From: Chloroflexota bacterium
GTDB lineage: Bacteria; Chloroflexota; Dehalococcoidia; E44-bin15
NCBI GenBank assembly: GCA_030604825.1
Contig: JAUVVB010000002.1
Coordinates: 27,905 to 91,904 of the forward strand
Length of the DNA stretch: 64,000 nucleotides
Direction of reading: 5' to 3'
Shown here: piece after piece, positions 61,163 through 64,000 of the stretch
How the letters are laid out: each line of letters starts with the position of its first letter
Position numbering within the stretch: position 1 is the first letter of the stretch
Translations under genes and position numbers: made by a program
Notes under the pieces: model-generated
What the model was told of the DNA's origin: nothing
What the model saw: the letters and a program-made list of their open reading frames with translations, nothing else
Database searches by the model: none

Positions 61163-63798
61163 CCGCCCAAAGTACTCCGCAGAGTAAGGGCGTGATGGAG
61201 CCGGCGGTCGAGGCTGGGCTGATCAGCGTCGACGAACTGGAGGCTGCCCGCAAGCTACAGCGGATATCGGGTAAGAGCCTGGGCCAGGTTTTGACCGAGC
61301 AGGGTTGGGTTACCGGTGAAGACCTGGCGAGGCTGCTAAGCCTACAACTGAATATACCTCTAATCGATTTGAAACGTCACCAGGTCCAGCCCCAAGCTTT
61401 GGAGCTTGTCCCCGCAGAATTGGCTCGCAAACATAAGCTCGTGCCCCTGGATGTTATCGGCGATGCCCTGTTGGTGGTCATGGCGGATGCGGAGGATGGC
61501 CAGGCCATGACCGAAGTTGCTAACCACAGCGGAATGAAGATCATGCCCGCCATGGCCATCCCCGATGAGGTGCAGCGAGCCATCGAGCTCAACTACGGGC
61601 TTAAGGGAGAGATCGAAGCGCAACTGCGGGGGGTCACATCCAAAGCCTCCGCTGGGGTGCAGCCAGCCATCCAATCCAAATACAGGCTTAACCGGGAGAT
61701 CGAAGAGCAGCTGCGGCGGGTCACCCGCAAAACCTCCGATGAGGAGACTAAGGCCGACGTCCTTATGCGGGCGGTGGCTGAGGCCCCCATTGTCCGCACC
61801 GTCGATCTCCTGGTGCGCCAGGCGGTGAATGATCGCGCCTCAGACATTCATATCGAACCTCAAAGGGACAGGCTGCGCATTCGCTATCGCATCGACGGTA
61901 TCCTGTACGATGTCGCCTCGGTGCCCTTGGATTTCCACATCTCGCTGGTCTCCCGAATCAAGGTGCTGGCTCAGATGGACATCGCCGAGCGCAGGCGCCC
62001 TCAGGATGGCCAGTTCTCCTATGAGGTTGATGGCAAGCAAATAGATATCCGCACCGCAACCTTCAACACCATCTATGGGGAGATGGCCGTGCTCAGGATA
62101 CTGGATAAGTCCCTGCCCATGTTCTCGTTATCCGAGCTTGGTCTGCTGCCCCAGGCTCTGGAGAGATACCAACAAATGCTCAAATCCCCCCTAGGGATGA
62201 TCGTAGTCGCTGGCCCTACGGGTGCGGGCAAGACCACCACCCTCTACGCCTCGGTCAACCAGCTAGATCACGATGAACGAAAAATCATCACCGTCGAGGA
62301 CCCGGTGGAGTATCAATTCAGCGACATTTGCCCCAGCGAGATCAACCTCAAAGCGGACATCACCTTTGGCAGTGGGCTGCGGGCGATAATGCGCCTTGAC
62401 CCCGATGTCATCCTTGTCGGCGAGATCCGAGATGCCGAAACGGCAAATACAGCGGTTCAGGCAGCCCTCACCGGGCACCTGGTTCTTTCCTCCATTCACG
62501 CCAACGATGCCGCGGGGGTCTTTTTCCGCCTGCTGCACCTTGGCATCGAACCCTTCCTGCTGTCATCGGCGCTTATCGGCATTGTGGCCCAGAGGATGGT
62601 GCGCCGCGTCTGCCTTCATTGTGGCGCGCTTACCGAGGCCAAGGCAGAGGAGGAAATCGCCTATCAACAGGAAATGAATGAGGTGCCAACCCACTTCCAT
62701 TATGGTACAGGATGCAACCACTGCGCTGGAACGGGCTACCGGGGACGAACCGGGGTATTCGAGGTTCTGTCGGTAACTGAGCAGCTCAGGAAGCTAATCC
62801 TGACCGGCGCCAGTACCGACGAGCTCTGCGCCCAGGCGGTCGGGGAAGGCATGATGACCATGAGACATGACGGCATGATCAAGGTGCAACAGGGCATCAC
62901 CACCCCCTACGAGGTGTTGCGCAACGTGTTCTCTATTAGCAGTGATGGTGAAAGCGAACAAAACGGTGGCATTGACGTGAAACTGCGCGTCCGAGAAGCG
63001 GGGAAGACTGTGAAATCCGCCGAGGTCTTGGACGATGTGCTCCCTACTGGCAATAATGTCGAAAGCGAACAAAACGGGGGCATTGACGGGAAACTGCGCG
63101 TCCGAGAAGCGGGGGGGACCGTGAAATCCGCCGAGGTCTTGGACGATGTGCTCCCTACCGGCAATAATATCGAAAGCGAACAAAATAGGGGCATCGATGG
63201 GAAACTGCGCGTCCAAGAAGCGGGGGAGACTATTGGATCCCTACTGCCGGGCAGTCACTCCCTCGAAACCTATGTTAGTGAGCATATGCCGGAGGTGGCA
63301 GCCGACCTCGTTCCCATCCACATTCGAAACCTACCAGAGCTGGTTTGGTCTACCATCCTTTACCTCCAGGGGAAACACCCGAAGCTCGGTAGTGCGGCGC
63401 AGGTCACCCTGGCGCTAATTGAAGTTGGGTTGCCAATGCTGACGGAGATGGTAAAAGGCATCCCCACCTGCAAAGCGCTTATGGACAGAGCATATCTGGA
63501 AGGCGACGAGGGCCAACGGTTGGAGCTCCTTAAAAGCCAGTTCGAGGTGCAGATATCCGCAAGCAAGTTTAACAAAACAGCGTATTGTATGAGTAAAGAG
63601 ACGTTGTTTCGGCTGAATGAACTTGCGGATCAGCTCGGCCTCAGCCGGCCTAACATGGCGACCCTGGCGCTAGTGGCGGGGATAGCTCAGAGCCTGTTTT
63701 GGGTGCCAGGTAAGCATCAGAATAAGGCGCTGGAGGAGATCGGGGAATTCAGAAAATGGGTGGAAAGAAGGGCGAAGATTATACAGTGGGTTCAATAA
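61159..63798 (+). CDS. second GspE/PilB ATPase with ~285-aa C-terminal extension
   Basis: ASDIHIEP, GPTGAGKTTTLY, VGEIRD; paralog of the gene at 25700-27409; continues beyond RNVFSI. Confidence 0.92.
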   Translation: MTAQSTPQSKGVMEPAVEAGLISVDELEAARKLQRISGKSLGQVLTEQGWVTGEDLARLLSLQLNIPLIDLKRHQVQPQALELVPAELARKHKLVPLDVIGDALLVVMADAEDGQAMTEVANHSGMKIMPAMAIPDEVQRAIELNYGLKGEIEAQLRGVTSKASAGVQPAIQSKYRLNREIEEQLRRVTRKTSDEETKADVLMRAVAEAPIVRTVDLLVRQAVNDRASDIHIEPQRDRLRIRYRIDGILYDVASVPLDFHISLVSRIKVLAQMDIAERRRPQDGQFSYEVDGKQIDIRTATFNTIYGEMAVLRILDKSLPMFSLSELGLLPQALERYQQMLKSPLGMIVVAGPTGAGKTTTLYASVNQLDHDERKIITVEDPVEYQFSDICPSEINLKADITFGSGLRAIMRLDPDVILVGEIRDAETANTAVQAALTGHLVLSSIHANDAAGVFFRLLHLGIEPFLLSSALIGIVAQRMVRRVCLHCGALTEAKAEEEIAYQQEMNEVPTHFHYGTGCNHCAGTGYRGRTGVFEVLSVTEQLRKLILTGASTDELCAQAVGEGMMTMRHDGMIKVQQGITTPYEVLRNVFSISSDGESEQNGGIDVKLRVREAGKTVKSAEVLDDVLPTGNNVESEQNGGIDGKLRVREAGGTVKSAEVLDDVLPTGNNIESEQNRGIDGKLRVQEAGETIGSLLPGSHSLETYVSEHMPEVAADLVPIHIRNLPELVWSTILYLQGKHPKLGSAAQVTLALIEVGLPMLTEMVKGIPTCKALMDRAYLEGDEGQRLELLKSQFEVQISASKFNKTAYCMSKETLFRLNELADQLGLSRPNMATLALVAGIAQSLFWVPGKHQNKALEEIGEFRKWVERRAKIIQWVQ
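62950..63231 (+). repeat. 111-bp (37-aa) tandem repeat, about 2.5 copies
   Basis: Units start at 62950, 63061 and 63172 (ESEQNxGIDxKLRVxEAG...). Confidence 0.93.
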
Positions 63799-63829
63799 AC
63801 GCCGGGCGGCGGGCAACGGGCTATTCAGG

Positions 63830-64000
63830 TTAAGATATCAGCATCAGGCTGGAATTTTCCCAGGAGCGCTGTGCCTCATCAAGGGCTTCCTTCAGCCCGG
63901 AAATTGGAGCTTCAATTATCTTCCATTCCACCCGATGCCAACCTGAAGGCGGTTTGCCGCCAGGCGCAATAACCCTGAGGTTATTAAGTTTTAAGTCTGA
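63830..64000 (-). CDS. possible 3' end of a CDS entering from the right edge
   Basis: 57 codons open to TAA at 63830. Confidence 0.35.
   Translation of the reverse strand, partial: SDLKLNNLRVIAPGGKPPSGWHRVEWKIIEAPISGLKEALDEAQRSWENSSLMLIS

Noticed and set aside
62950-63231. CRISPR-like repeats
   Set aside because: Contiguous in-frame 111-bp coding units with no spacers.

Overview
GC-rich bacterial chromosome segment; gene content suggests an anaerobic Chloroflexota (Dehalococcoidia-like) organism, which is an inference. From left to right: (1) aroC/aroE/ruvX/alaS, with a GIY-YIG ORF inserted between aroE and aroC; (2) an otsA/otsB/MscS osmotic cluster, comM, a radical SAM gene and degV; (3) a type IV pilus locus with three pilins (two from a ~1.45 kb tandem duplication), a two-component system and pilD-M-O-N-X-W-V-C-B; (4) a 2-oxoacid:ferredoxin oxidoreductase/CoA-transferase operon; (5) tRNA-Arg(TCT) carrying a ~10.9 kb integrated element bounded by 56-bp direct repeats; (6) two aldehyde:ferredoxin oxidoreductases with ADH, SDR, MoaD, MoeB and acyl-CoA genes; (7) a kinase-regulator-pilB2 operon. 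The strongest finding is that the element's att site lies inside its integrase gene, so the integrase start and body sit at opposite ends and join in frame only on excision. The element carries a tape measure protein and tail chaperone but no head genes, plus OLD, HEPN-like and PD-(D/E)XK-like cargo. The second PilB has a long tail of tandem repeats and two RHH-like segments, and its operon shares an upstream motif with the pilin genes. All calls are by eye; no database searches were run.
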